Translations under genes and position numbers: made by a program
Shown: in pieces, positions 1 through 7,759 of the stretch
Position numbering within the stretch: the stretch's first letter is position 1
Layout of the letters: each line of letters starts with the position of its first letter
Assembly: GCA_038903735.1 (NCBI GenBank)
Contig: JBCKLP010000001.1
Coordinates: 1,767 to 65,766 of the forward strand
Direction of reading: 5' to 3'
DNA length: 64,000 nt
Source: Burkholderiales bacterium
Lineage (GTDB): Bacteria > Pseudomonadota > Gammaproteobacteria > Burkholderiales > SG8-39
Notes under the pieces: generated by a model
Told to the model about the DNA's origin: nothing
The model's database searches: none
What the model saw: only the letters and a program-made list of their open reading frames with translations

Positions 1-118
1 ACAGGGGGCATGGCCACATTTAGAATTGCTGCCGGGAAACGGCCCTTGAACCGCAAGACACCTTGGTTGCTACAATTACTAGCTGCGGACAGATCGTGAC
101 TGATCGGAGGGTAAGACC

Positions 119-661
119 ATGCAGATTAATGACGCCGCTTTTGAACCCCGCAATTCGAGCGCAGTGGTAAAGCCGTATCTGTTGTCCCATGGCACGCTTG
201 AGTGTGTAAGCCTGAAAGCCTCGCGCCGCTTCTACGAGGAGTTCCTGGGCCTGGAATGCGTGCGCCACGGCAAGATTTCGATGCTGATCCGTTGCGGGAT
301 GAAGTGGCATATCGTCGCCGTGCAGGTGCGCAACAATGTGCATCCGACGCACCTGCTCAATCACTGGGGCGTGGAAGTGCGCAGCAGGGAGGAGGTCGAC
401 CAGGCCTGGTTCGATGCCAGCCGTCTCAAGGACGAGTACGGGATACGCAAAGTCCAGAAGCCGGGCCTGCAGCACGGTGTGTACGGCTTCTATTTGCAGG
501 ATCTCGACCAGAACTGGTGGGAGATTGCTTACACGTCCAATTTCAGGCACGACGATCACTACCGGGCAGGAGACCGCTTTGGCCACGAGGATGAGAATGA
601 TGCCAAGGCGATTGCTGCGGCATTGCAGGAGCGAGACGCCGCCGACCGGACCGAGGGCTGA
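119..661 (+). CDS. VOC (glyoxalase/bleomycin-resistance/extradiol dioxygenase) superfamily protein
   Basis: 180-aa ORF. The N-terminal HGTLECVSLKASRRFYEEFLGLE fits the VOC module pattern. It is tightly packed against the next gene. Confidence 0.55.
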   Translation: MQINDAAFEPRNSSAVVKPYLLSHGTLECVSLKASRRFYEEFLGLECVRHGKISMLIRCGMKWHIVAVQVRNNVHPTHLLNHWGVEVRSREEVDQAWFDASRLKDEYGIRKVQKPGLQHGVYGFYLQDLDQNWWEIAYTSNFRHDDHYRAGDRFGHEDENDAKAIAAALQERDAADRTEG

Positions 662-664
662 GCC

Positions 665-1627
665 ATGAAACTGGTCACCATCGACTCTCCGCCGGCGGGG
701 CGCGTGGGCGCACTACTCGCCGATGGCACAATCCTCGATCTGTTGCGCTGCCGCCGCCCCGGTACGCTGGAGGCATGGATGCCGGGCTCCGTGCGCGCGG
801 TACTGGAAGCCGGTGAAGAGGGACTGAATGCCGTAAGGCGGATCGTGGATCGCGCCCAGCAGGCCGCCGGCAGTGCGCGCGACGAATTGCAGGCCCGCGG
901 TGCGCTGCTACCAGCCGATACGCCGCTGCTTGCGCCCTTGCCCGACCCTGCGCTGATCGTTGCGGCTGGCATGGCCTACCGCTCGCACCTGGCGGAAATG
1001 AAGACCGCGGCTCCGAAGAACCCCAGTGGCTTTATCAAGGCAGGCGCGTCGATCATCGGGCCGGGCGCGCCCATCCTGCTGCCGCCCCAGGCGCCCGGAA
1101 TGGTGGATTTCGAAGGAGAGTTCTCCTGCGTCATCGGCCGCGCCTGCCATAATGCCACGCCTGCCGAGGCGATGGAGTGCGTGGCTGGATACACGATCAT
1201 CAACGACGTCTCGGCGCGCGACTGGGTGGAGGCCGCCCTCGGGCCGAAGGAACCGCAGGCGGCCGCTGCCGGCTGGCGCCTGAATCATCTGGGCAAGCAG
1301 TTCCCCAGCTTCTGCCCGATGGGGCCGGTGTTTGCGACGCGTGACGAGTTTGCCGATCCGCCCGACCTGCAGCTCTCAACTCGCCTGAATGGAACATTGA
1401 TGCAGTCGGCGCGCACCGCGGACCTGATCTTCCCGATCGGGGAGACCATCGCCTACTTCTCGCGCTGGTACCGTTTCATGCCGGGTGACATCATCACCAC
1501 CGGTTCGCCCGCCGGTGTGGGCTACGGGCGCGACCCGAAGCTGTTCATGAAGGATGGCGACATCGTGTCAGTCGAGGTAGAGGGTATCGGTGTACTTGCC
1601 AATCCCATTCGCCGGGTGAGCGCATGA
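665..1627 (+). CDS. fumarylacetoacetate hydrolase (FAH) family protein
   Basis: 320-aa ORF with FAH-family motifs DFEGEFSCVIGR and GDIITTGSPAGVG. Confidence 0.8.
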   Translation: MKLVTIDSPPAGRVGALLADGTILDLLRCRRPGTLEAWMPGSVRAVLEAGEEGLNAVRRIVDRAQQAAGSARDELQARGALLPADTPLLAPLPDPALIVAAGMAYRSHLAEMKTAAPKNPSGFIKAGASIIGPGAPILLPPQAPGMVDFEGEFSCVIGRACHNATPAEAMECVAGYTIINDVSARDWVEAALGPKEPQAAAAGWRLNHLGKQFPSFCPMGPVFATRDEFADPPDLQLSTRLNGTLMQSARTADLIFPIGETIAYFSRWYRFMPGDIITTGSPAGVGYGRDPKLFMKDGDIVSVEVEGIGVLANPIRRVSA

Positions 1628-2121
1628 ATGTCCAGGCGGGAGGCATGAGTTTTGAGCAGATCAGGGATATCGTGCTGAATGCGGATGCTTTTGGTATGAC
1701 GCCGTCACCCCATGCGCAATCGGCGCGTCAGGCATGCCAGGACGTGGCCTACGGCATCTTCGCTTTGACGGACTTTGGCAGAGCGGCCGCGTCGCTCTCG
1801 TTGTATTCGGAGAATATCGTGATGGATCTGGACGGGCAGCGTCTGAACCGCGCAGAGCGCGTCAAGCGCAGTCGCGGCCGGGAGGCCAACACCTCGAGAC
1901 GTACCCGCCACGCCATCAGCAATTTTCTGTTCCGCATGATCGATGAGGGCACCGCATACGCCCTGTCACTGGTGGTCATTTACCACGAGGACGACTGCAC
2001 ACGGCCGGGTGTGCCACCGCTGGCGATCGCCGATTGCGCCGATCGATTTGAGCGCGAGGCCGACGGTCGCTGGCGGATCACCTATCGCTGCCTGAAGACC
2101 GTGGCTGGCGCAGCGCACTGA
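1624..2121 (+). CDS. hypothetical protein, possibly NTF2/SnoaL-like fold
   Basis: 165-aa ORF whose ATG overlaps the FAH stop (ATGA), suggesting coupling. The fold assignment is only an impression from size and sequence pattern. Confidence 0.35.
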   Translation: MNVQAGGMSFEQIRDIVLNADAFGMTPSPHAQSARQACQDVAYGIFALTDFGRAAASLSLYSENIVMDLDGQRLNRAERVKRSRGREANTSRRTRHAISNFLFRMIDEGTAYALSLVVIYHEDDCTRPGVPPLAIADCADRFEREADGRWRITYRCLKTVAGAAH

Positions 2122-2150
2122 GCCCCGCCTTGGGCGGGAAGCAAGCCGGC

Positions 2151-3158
2151 TTACTCCAGCTTGGCCCCGGAAATGCGCACCACCTCTGCACGTGCGGCAA
2201 GCTCATTCCTGATTAAGGCGGCAAATTCGTCGGGACCGAGCCCCGAGGGTTCGTAGGCCCGGCCGATCAACTCGCGATTGCGGAATTCAGGGTCGTTGAT
2301 CACCGCGACAATGTCCCTGTGAATACGCTCGACCAGCGGACGCGGCATGCCGGCGGGGCCGATCACGCCGAACCAGACCGACATAGCCACTTCAGGAAAA
2401 CCAGCCTCCGCAAAGGTCGGCAGGTCCGGAAGATAGGGCGTGCGCCTGGCGGCGCCATAGCCGATCGCCTTTAGCTTTCCCGCAGCGACTTGAGGTCGAG
2501 TGGAAAACACGCCGACCCAGGTGAGATTGACTTCCCCGCTGAGCACCGCTGCCATCATTTGCGGAATGCCTTTGTAGGGTACATGCAACATGCTGATCTT
2601 CGCCCGGTTGGCGAGCATTTCTGAAAGCAGGTGCATCTGGCTGCCGGCGCCAATCGAGGAATAAGTCAGCTTGCCGGGTGCGGAGCGCGCCAGCGCTACC
2701 AGTTCGGCAATATTGTTGGCCGGCAGTGAGGGGTGCGCCACCAGCACAGTGGCGAAAGTATTGACCTGGGTAATGGGCGTGAAATCACGTACCGGGTCAT
2801 AGGGGAGCTTGCTGTACAGATGCGGATTAATGGTGAACGCCACGTCGATCGCGAACAGCAGCGTATAGCCGTCGGGCGCGGACTTCGCCACCAGATCAGC
2901 GGCCACGGAGGTGTTCGCGCCGGGGCGGTTATCCACCACCACAGGATGTCCCCAGGTTGTGGACAGTTTTTGCGAGAGAGCCCGTGCAAGCGGGTCGCTG
3001 CCGCCACCCGGTGGCAGCCCGATCAGCATGCGCACGGGCTTTATCGGCCAGGCCTGCGCGGCAGCGCTGCCAATCGCACCAGGCCCGGATACCATGGCCG
3101 CTACTGCAGCCATGAACGTAAAAGCACTGGCTAAACCGACTCTGTTACGGCTCTTCAT
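2151..3158 (-). CDS. Bug/TctC family tripartite tricarboxylate transporter substrate-binding protein
   Basis: 335-aa ORF with a signal peptide and the family N-terminal motif PIKPVRMLIGLPPGGGSDPLARAL. GGAGG SD lies 6 nt upstream of the ATG at 3158. Confidence 0.85.
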   Translation of the reverse strand: MKSRNRVGLASAFTFMAAVAAMVSGPGAIGSAAAQAWPIKPVRMLIGLPPGGGSDPLARALSQKLSTTWGHPVVVDNRPGANTSVAADLVAKSAPDGYTLLFAIDVAFTINPHLYSKLPYDPVRDFTPITQVNTFATVLVAHPSLPANNIAELVALARSAPGKLTYSSIGAGSQMHLLSEMLANRAKISMLHVPYKGIPQMMAAVLSGEVNLTWVGVFSTRPQVAAGKLKAIGYGAARRTPYLPDLPTFAEAGFPEVAMSVWFGVIGPAGMPRPLVERIHRDIVAVINDPEFRNRELIGRAYEPSGLGPDEFAALIRNELAARAEVVRISGAKLE

Positions 3159-3222
3159 TTGTCTACCTCCCTAATATCCTGGTTTTCCGCTGCATGGTTG
3201 CTCGCATGGCGTTCGTTGCGGT

Positions 3223-3312
3223 TTCATCTAAAACTAACTCCGGTTTGAAACCCCGCCCTTTAGGGCGGTGGGAGCCGACCCCGGCCTGAAGGCCTGTCGC
3301 TAATTTCTTGCT
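3223..3312 (-). mobile_element. Family-1 structured repeat, internally deleted copy (MITE/REP-like)
   Basis: Matches both ends of the 163-167-bp copies at 29699-29865 and 33847-34009. The interior between the two internal GGCCTGAAGG repeats is missing. Confidence 0.8.
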
Positions 3313-3478
3313 CGTCAGTGTAGCCGTATCCAACCTTACACCGTATTGCTCGAATGCGGCATGATGCGATACTCGTTCAGCACATCGGCCTGCACCCGGG
3401 CGCGGATCGCGCAGCCGCGGATGACCAATTCCGCCGCCGCCAGATCGATCGGCATCTCGCCGCTGAGGGCGCTCTCGA

Positions 3479-3920
3479 CTTCGGTTCGACGAAGGCGTTG
3501 AGCACCGTGGTTGAGGTGCGTTCGAATTCGCGTGCCACCTCCGACGAGGTGCAGAGGTACACGCTGGGCAGCAGAGAGGTCTGCCGTTCGCGTGCCTTTT
3601 CTTCGTGTGCGGCGTTGGCGTAGGCGTGCAGAAAGCAGATTGCGAGCGCTTCCAGCCCTTGCTCGCGAACGGTTTGCGCAATCTGTTCAAGGCCTGTTTC
3701 ATCCAGCGGCGTGAGCACTGCGCCGTCCGGGGAAATGCGCTCGGTGACTTCAAAGCGCAGATGGCGCGGCACGAAGGGCTCGGACTTCAGGTAGAAAAGG
3801 TCGTAGTTGGCCGGCCGGTTGCCACGGCCGATTTCCAGCACATCACGAAACCCGCGCGTGGTCAGAATGCCGGTTTTAGCGGCCTTTTCCAGGGCGGGGT
3901 GCCGATTGAAAACCGGGATG
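3479..3920 (-). pseudogene. hydantoinase/oxoprolinase (HyuA-like) gene fragment
   Basis: Translation KTGILTTRGFRDVLEIGRGNR...LAICFLHAYANAAHEE...TSSEVAREFERTSTTVLNAFVEPK resembles the middle of the HyuA N-terminal domain. There is no N-terminus, and the frame is lost after VEPK. Confidence 0.6.
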
Positions 3921-4012
3921 GCAATGGATCGTGGTGATCGGGCCTGACAAGCGTTGTTGCGCGCGCAGCTTGCCGCGTAAGACGCTATAGGGGGCCATCG
4001 GCCACCCGGAAT

Positions 4013-4045
4013 AAAAAAAGGCAGGGCCGTCTGGCCCTGCCTTTT
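4013..4045. terminator. bidirectional rho-independent terminator
   Basis: AAAAAAA-GGCAGGGCC-GTCT-GGCCCTGCC-TTTT. On the minus strand the stem is followed by T7, downstream of the lipoprotein gene. Confidence 0.7.
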
Positions 4046-4073
4046 CCGCTTGGGGTACTGAATGAAAAGCCGC

Positions 4074-4124
4074 TTTAATCTCTCCGGGTTGAATTCCCCG
4101 CCCCTTGGGGCGGGGAAATTTATT
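4074..4124. repeat. Family-2 palindromic element, copy 1 (51 nt)
   Basis: TTTAATCTCTCCGGGTTGAATTCCCCGCCCCTTGGGGCGGGGAAATTTATT is near-identical to 61405-61455. The core hairpin is CCCCGCCCC-TTG-GGGCGGGG. Confidence 0.8.
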
Positions 4125-4587
4125 TGCTCGCTGCGGGCTTTGGCTTCGCCGCTTCGGGTTTCGCCGCTTCGGGCTTCACTGCTACAGGCTTTGGTTTGGG
4201 GAGAAATACAATGGGGGCAACGCCCAGCGGTTTGTAATCCTTGTCGGCAACGGTGAGCATCGCCGTGCCGGGGCTGATTACACTCACATACGCAGTAAAG
4301 ACCCATTCCGCGGCCCATACGCCGTCCGCGTTCGGAACCGGCGCCGGCGTAACGGCCCCGCTGAGGCCGCTCATTCCTCCAGCAGAATCCTTGAGCAACA
4401 GTACGAGTTCCTGCTTTGGCGCAAAGCCGGTTCCGTACATTACAACCTTGCCGCCCGGGGCGAGCGTTACCACAGGGGTGGTTACCACAAACGATGGTCC
4501 CTGCCTCATGACGTCCTGGCTAGCGCAACCCATTAGAAAAAGCCCTGCACACGAAACAACTGTCAGTAACCGAAATCCCTGCTTCAT
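4120..4587 (-). CDS. putative lipoprotein with C-terminal Pro/Ala/Lys-rich repeat
   Basis: 155-aa ORF with signal peptide and lipobox (LFLMGC). The C-terminus is KPKPVAVKPEAAKPEAAKPKPAASK. GAGGAG SD lies upstream of the ATG. Confidence 0.6.
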   Translation of the reverse strand: MKQGFRLLTVVSCAGLFLMGCASQDVMRQGPSFVVTTPVVTLAPGGKVVMYGTGFAPKQELVLLLKDSAGGMSGLSGAVTPAPVPNADGVWAAEWVFTAYVSVISPGTAMLTVADKDYKPLGVAPIVFLPKPKPVAVKPEAAKPEAAKPKPAASK

Positions 4588-4883
4588 TGTGGTTTCTCCT
4601 CGTGATGGTTCATTGAATTTATTGACTGCAATTTGACGCTAAACTTTCAACCAGCAAAGGCGCGCTGATTCCACCACGCTCCTTTTGAAACCGGGAAAAG
4701 AATGGGGCCACTGCCGGGGTATCGTTCCTGTCAACCTCTGCAAAGACCATTTTCTACCCGTTTTTATTGTTGCACAAAATTTCCTCATGCAAAGCCAAAT
4801 TGCGATATTGCAGCAAAGTTTGTCCGGCTGTATTTGACTGTATTCGACTTTGCGGGTGTTGCGATGGCAGGCATCGACCCCTT

Positions 4884-4913
4884 GGGTGGGCGGTACTAGG
4901 GTGGGCGGTACTA
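4884..4913. repeat. 15-bp tandem duplication (GGGTGGGCGGTACTA x2)
   Basis: A perfect direct duplication read from the sequence, inside an unassigned ~430-bp region. Confidence 0.8.
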
Positions 4914-5069
4914 CGGGCGGCTCCAGCGAGGTGACGGTGATAACCTCCAATGAGAGCGCTGTTTGCTTGGGATGCATCGGGGGGCAGCAACCCGATTGTC
5001 TGCCCGGTAATCCGTACGTAAGTGCCAATCGGGCCGGTGACGTAAATCCGCTGCCCGGTGGCGGCTTGC

Positions 5070-5921
5070 CTAATCGCGCAGCCGGATAGCCTGGAGCACC
5101 GGCAGCAGGTATCCGCGAAATTTCTCCGGGTTTTCGCTCATCGGAAAATGCCCCAGTTCGTGCATGATCTGCGCCTTTGCGCCGGGAATCGACGCGGCGG
5201 TCCTGAGGGTGTCTTCGGGCGTGCAGGAGTAATCGTATTCGCCGGTCATCAGGTAGAGCGGGCAGACGCCCGTGTCGATCAGGTGGGTGCGGTCCCTGTA
5301 ATCGGAATCCTAGCGGTAAAAGTAGAGATCGCCACGAAACACCCCCGGCCCGCTCTGCAGATAGCCCCACAAAGTCTCCCAGCGATAGCGCGCGGGTGAT
5401 TGCGGCGCCACCAGTCCCGAGACCATCGCCGCGCAGATTTCGCCGCCGTGCACATCGGCGCGATCCAGCCAGGCGGTGTCATACCAGGGGGTCTGGTGAT
5501 CGGCACCTTCCAGGCCGATCAGCGCGCGAAAGCGCGCAGCGTGATGCGCGCCCATGTGCAGCACGATGCGCCCGCCCATGGAGCAGCCCATCAGCACCGG
5601 ACGTTCCAGTTCGAGCGCATCGGCGACGGCGAGGATGGCTTCGGCATAGGACTCGGTGGTGAGCCGGTACTCTTCGTTTTCATATCCCTCGGGGGGCAGC
5701 GACTTTCCGTGCCAGGGCAGATCAAAAGCAATCACCCGAAAATGATCGGTGACGGCGCGATCGAGCATGAGGTGACGGAACTGGCGCGAATCCGCGCCGG
5801 CGGTGTGCAGGCAAAGGAGCGGGATGCCGCTGCCGGCTTCTTCGATATAAACCCGGCAGGGGCGCGAATCCAGCGTGAGCGTGGCATAGCGCCCGGTGAT
5901 GGGCTCGAAGCTAATGCTCAT
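5070..5921 (-). pseudogene. alpha/beta hydrolase interrupted by one in-frame TAG
   Basis: 203 codons, then TAG at 5310-5312, then 79 more in-frame codons to TAG at 5070-5072. The nucleophile elbow GCSMGG lies upstream of the stop. The likely acid and His (MTGEYD, ELGHFPMSENP) lie downstream. Confidence 0.75.
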
Positions 5922-6334
5922 GCGGACGCTCCACTGGCGGCAGCACGCCGCGGCGCTTCCAGCACTTCCTTGAAATAGCGCAGATTCGCCATCAGCGGCT
6001 GCAGATCACCCTCGATGACGGCGCGGCCGAAGCGGGTCATGGCAAGCAGGTCATGAAAGCCGGGTTCCGGAAGTGGCTGCCAGAACCGGCTCCAGGCATC
6101 GGCGTCGGCACGTACGGCGAATCGCCAGGAGAGCATCAACACAGGGCCGCGCAGCACTTCGATCACCTTTCCCTCGGCAATGGTGACGTGCAGCGGCAGG
6201 GACCCGGCCCCGAGCAGAAATGATGTTGAACACCAGCGTCCGCGCCTCACCAGCGCGGCATCGGCATTCACCAGCGCTGGCAGGCGCTCGAATGTTGCTG
6301 CGACTTCGGCATCACTCAAGGTGCTGTGTTTCAT
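5918..6334 (-). CDS. SCP2 sterol-binding-domain-like protein
   Basis: 138 aa from the ATG at 6334 (MKHSTLSDAE...). The longer track ORF runs into the tandem repeat. The stop overlaps the hydrolase start (ATGA). The family call is tentative. Confidence 0.45.
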   Translation of the reverse strand: MKHSTLSDAEVAATFERLPALVNADAALVRRGRWCSTSFLLGAGSLPLHVTIAEGKVIEVLRGPVLMLSWRFAVRADADAWSRFWQPLPEPGFHDLLAMTRFGRAVIEGDLQPLMANLRYFKEVLEAPRRAAASGASA

Positions 6335-6390
6335 TCGGATAAACGCCGAGCAATTCGATTCGGAAGAACGCTTGATTCGGCTTATTATTA

Positions 6391-6705
6391 CTGAAGGGAG
6401 GACTGAACAAGGGGCCTGCGCCCCTTGTATATCCCCAATATTAGTGGGAAAAGTCTGGCATCTCGTTGGAAAATGGGATTTAAGCAGTATTTCCTGAAGG
6501 GAGGACTGAACAAGGGGCCTTCGCCCCTTGTATATCCCCAATATTAGTGGGAAAAGTCTGGCATCTCGTTGGAAAATGGGATTTAAGCAGTATTTCCTGA
6601 AGGGAGGACTGAACAAGGGGCCTTCGCCCCTTGTATATCCCCAATATTAGTGGGAAAAGTCTGGCGTCTCGTTGGAAAATGGAATTTAAGCAGTATTTCC
6701 TGAAG
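6391..6705. repeat. tandem repeat, 103-bp unit x3 plus 6 nt
   Basis: Units start at 6391, 6494, 6597 and (partial) 6700, with only a few substitutions. Each holds the hairpin ACAAGGGGC-CTKC-GCCCCTTGT. 103 is not a multiple of 3. Confidence 0.95.
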
Positions 6706-6732
6706 TAATTGCAAACCCGAAGAGGAGCTCCC

Positions 6733-7692
6733 ATGAAACATTTTCTTATTGCTACTGGAATTGCACTGGCCGGCGTTGTTGCGCCGCTGGTCGCCCAGGA
6801 ATATCCGGTGAAACCCATCCGTTTGGTTATTCCCAACTCACCCGGCGGTGCGCTTGACGTCGCAGCGCGCCTCACGCAACCGCGCCTGATGGAGTTTCTC
6901 GGACAATCCATCGTGCTGGATTACCGGGTCGGTGCCGGCGGCGTCGTTGGTGCAAATAATGTGGCACAGTCACCGGCTGACGGTTACACGCTGCTCATGG
7001 TGTTCGACAGCTTCGCCTCCAATCCCTATCTCTTCAAGGGGGTGCAGCACGATACCGTGAAGGATTTTCAGCCGATATCGCTGTTCGTCAAGGGGGTGCA
7101 GGTGCTCGCGGCCTATCCGGATGCCGGCGTCAGGAATTTCAATGAATTCATGAAGCTCGCCAAATCGAAGGGCAGCGCGCTTGACATCGGCACCGCCGGT
7201 GCCGGCACGTCCAGCCGCTTGAGCATCGAACTTTTCAAGCAGGCCACCGGAATTGATGCCACGCTGATTCACTACAAGGGCGGCGGGCCTCTGATTACCG
7301 CGACCATGGGTGGGCAGATTCCGGCGACCATCATCACCATGGGCGTGGCGATGTCGCAAATCCGGTCCGGCAAATTGCTGGCACTGGCCGTAACCTCGCC
7401 TAAGCGGAGCAAGCTGTTGCCGGATGTGCCCACCATCGGGGAGGTGTTTCCGGGCTTCGAGTCGCAATCCTGGCTCGGCCTCTTGGCCCCGGCGGGGACG
7501 CCGCGGCCTGTCGTGGATCGCCTCAATGCCGCGGTGAAGCGCACCCTGGCAAGCCCCGAGGTGCTCGATCGCTTCGAGTCGCAGGCCTACGAAATCGTCG
7601 CCAGTTCGCCCGAGGAGTTCGGCGAATGGATCAAGAGTGAGTCGACCAAGCTCGGACGCCTGATTAAGAGCATGAACATCAAGCTCGATTGA
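6733..7692 (+). CDS. Bug/TctC family substrate-binding protein
   Basis: Starts MKHFLIATGIALAG with GAGGAG SD upstream. Has a signal peptide followed by YPVKPIRLVIPNSPGGALDVAARL. Confidence 0.85.
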   Translation: MKHFLIATGIALAGVVAPLVAQEYPVKPIRLVIPNSPGGALDVAARLTQPRLMEFLGQSIVLDYRVGAGGVVGANNVAQSPADGYTLLMVFDSFASNPYLFKGVQHDTVKDFQPISLFVKGVQVLAAYPDAGVRNFNEFMKLAKSKGSALDIGTAGAGTSSRLSIELFKQATGIDATLIHYKGGGPLITATMGGQIPATIITMGVAMSQIRSGKLLALAVTSPKRSKLLPDVPTIGEVFPGFESQSWLGLLAPAGTPRPVVDRLNAAVKRTLASPEVLDRFESQAYEIVASSPEEFGEWIKSESTKLGRLIKSMNIKLD

Positions 7693-7703
7693 CAGACCCG
7701 CGA

Positions 7704-7737
7704 CGTGGTGCGGCACCAGGTCCGCACCACGATTTTC
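7704..7737 (+). terminator. rho-independent terminator
   Basis: CGTGGTGCGG-CACCAGGT-CCGCACCACG followed by ATTTTC, 12 nt after the Bug stop codon. Confidence 0.6.
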
Positions 7738-7759
7738 AATTCTTACAAGGAATCGCTTA

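Noticed and set aside
3163-4318. Track ORFs of 196 and 313 aa as intact genes
   Set aside because: They fuse a HyuA fragment with repeat-derived and terminator sequence. They have no credible start, and the HyuA similarity covers only the middle part.
5310-5312. TAG as programmed recoding (pyrrolysine) in the hydrolase
   Set aside because: No pyl genes or PYLIS-like context are visible, and the lineage is not known for it. A nonsense mutation or a sequencing error is far more likely.
6391-6705. CRISPR array
   Set aside because: The units are contiguous with no unique spacers, the unit length is 103 bp, and there are no cas genes. It is a plain tandem repeat.
5918-6911. Long ORFs (232 and 143 aa) running through the 103-bp tandem repeat
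   Set aside because: The repeat unit is not a multiple of 3 and the translations are repeat-derived. A clean 138-aa protein starts at 6334.
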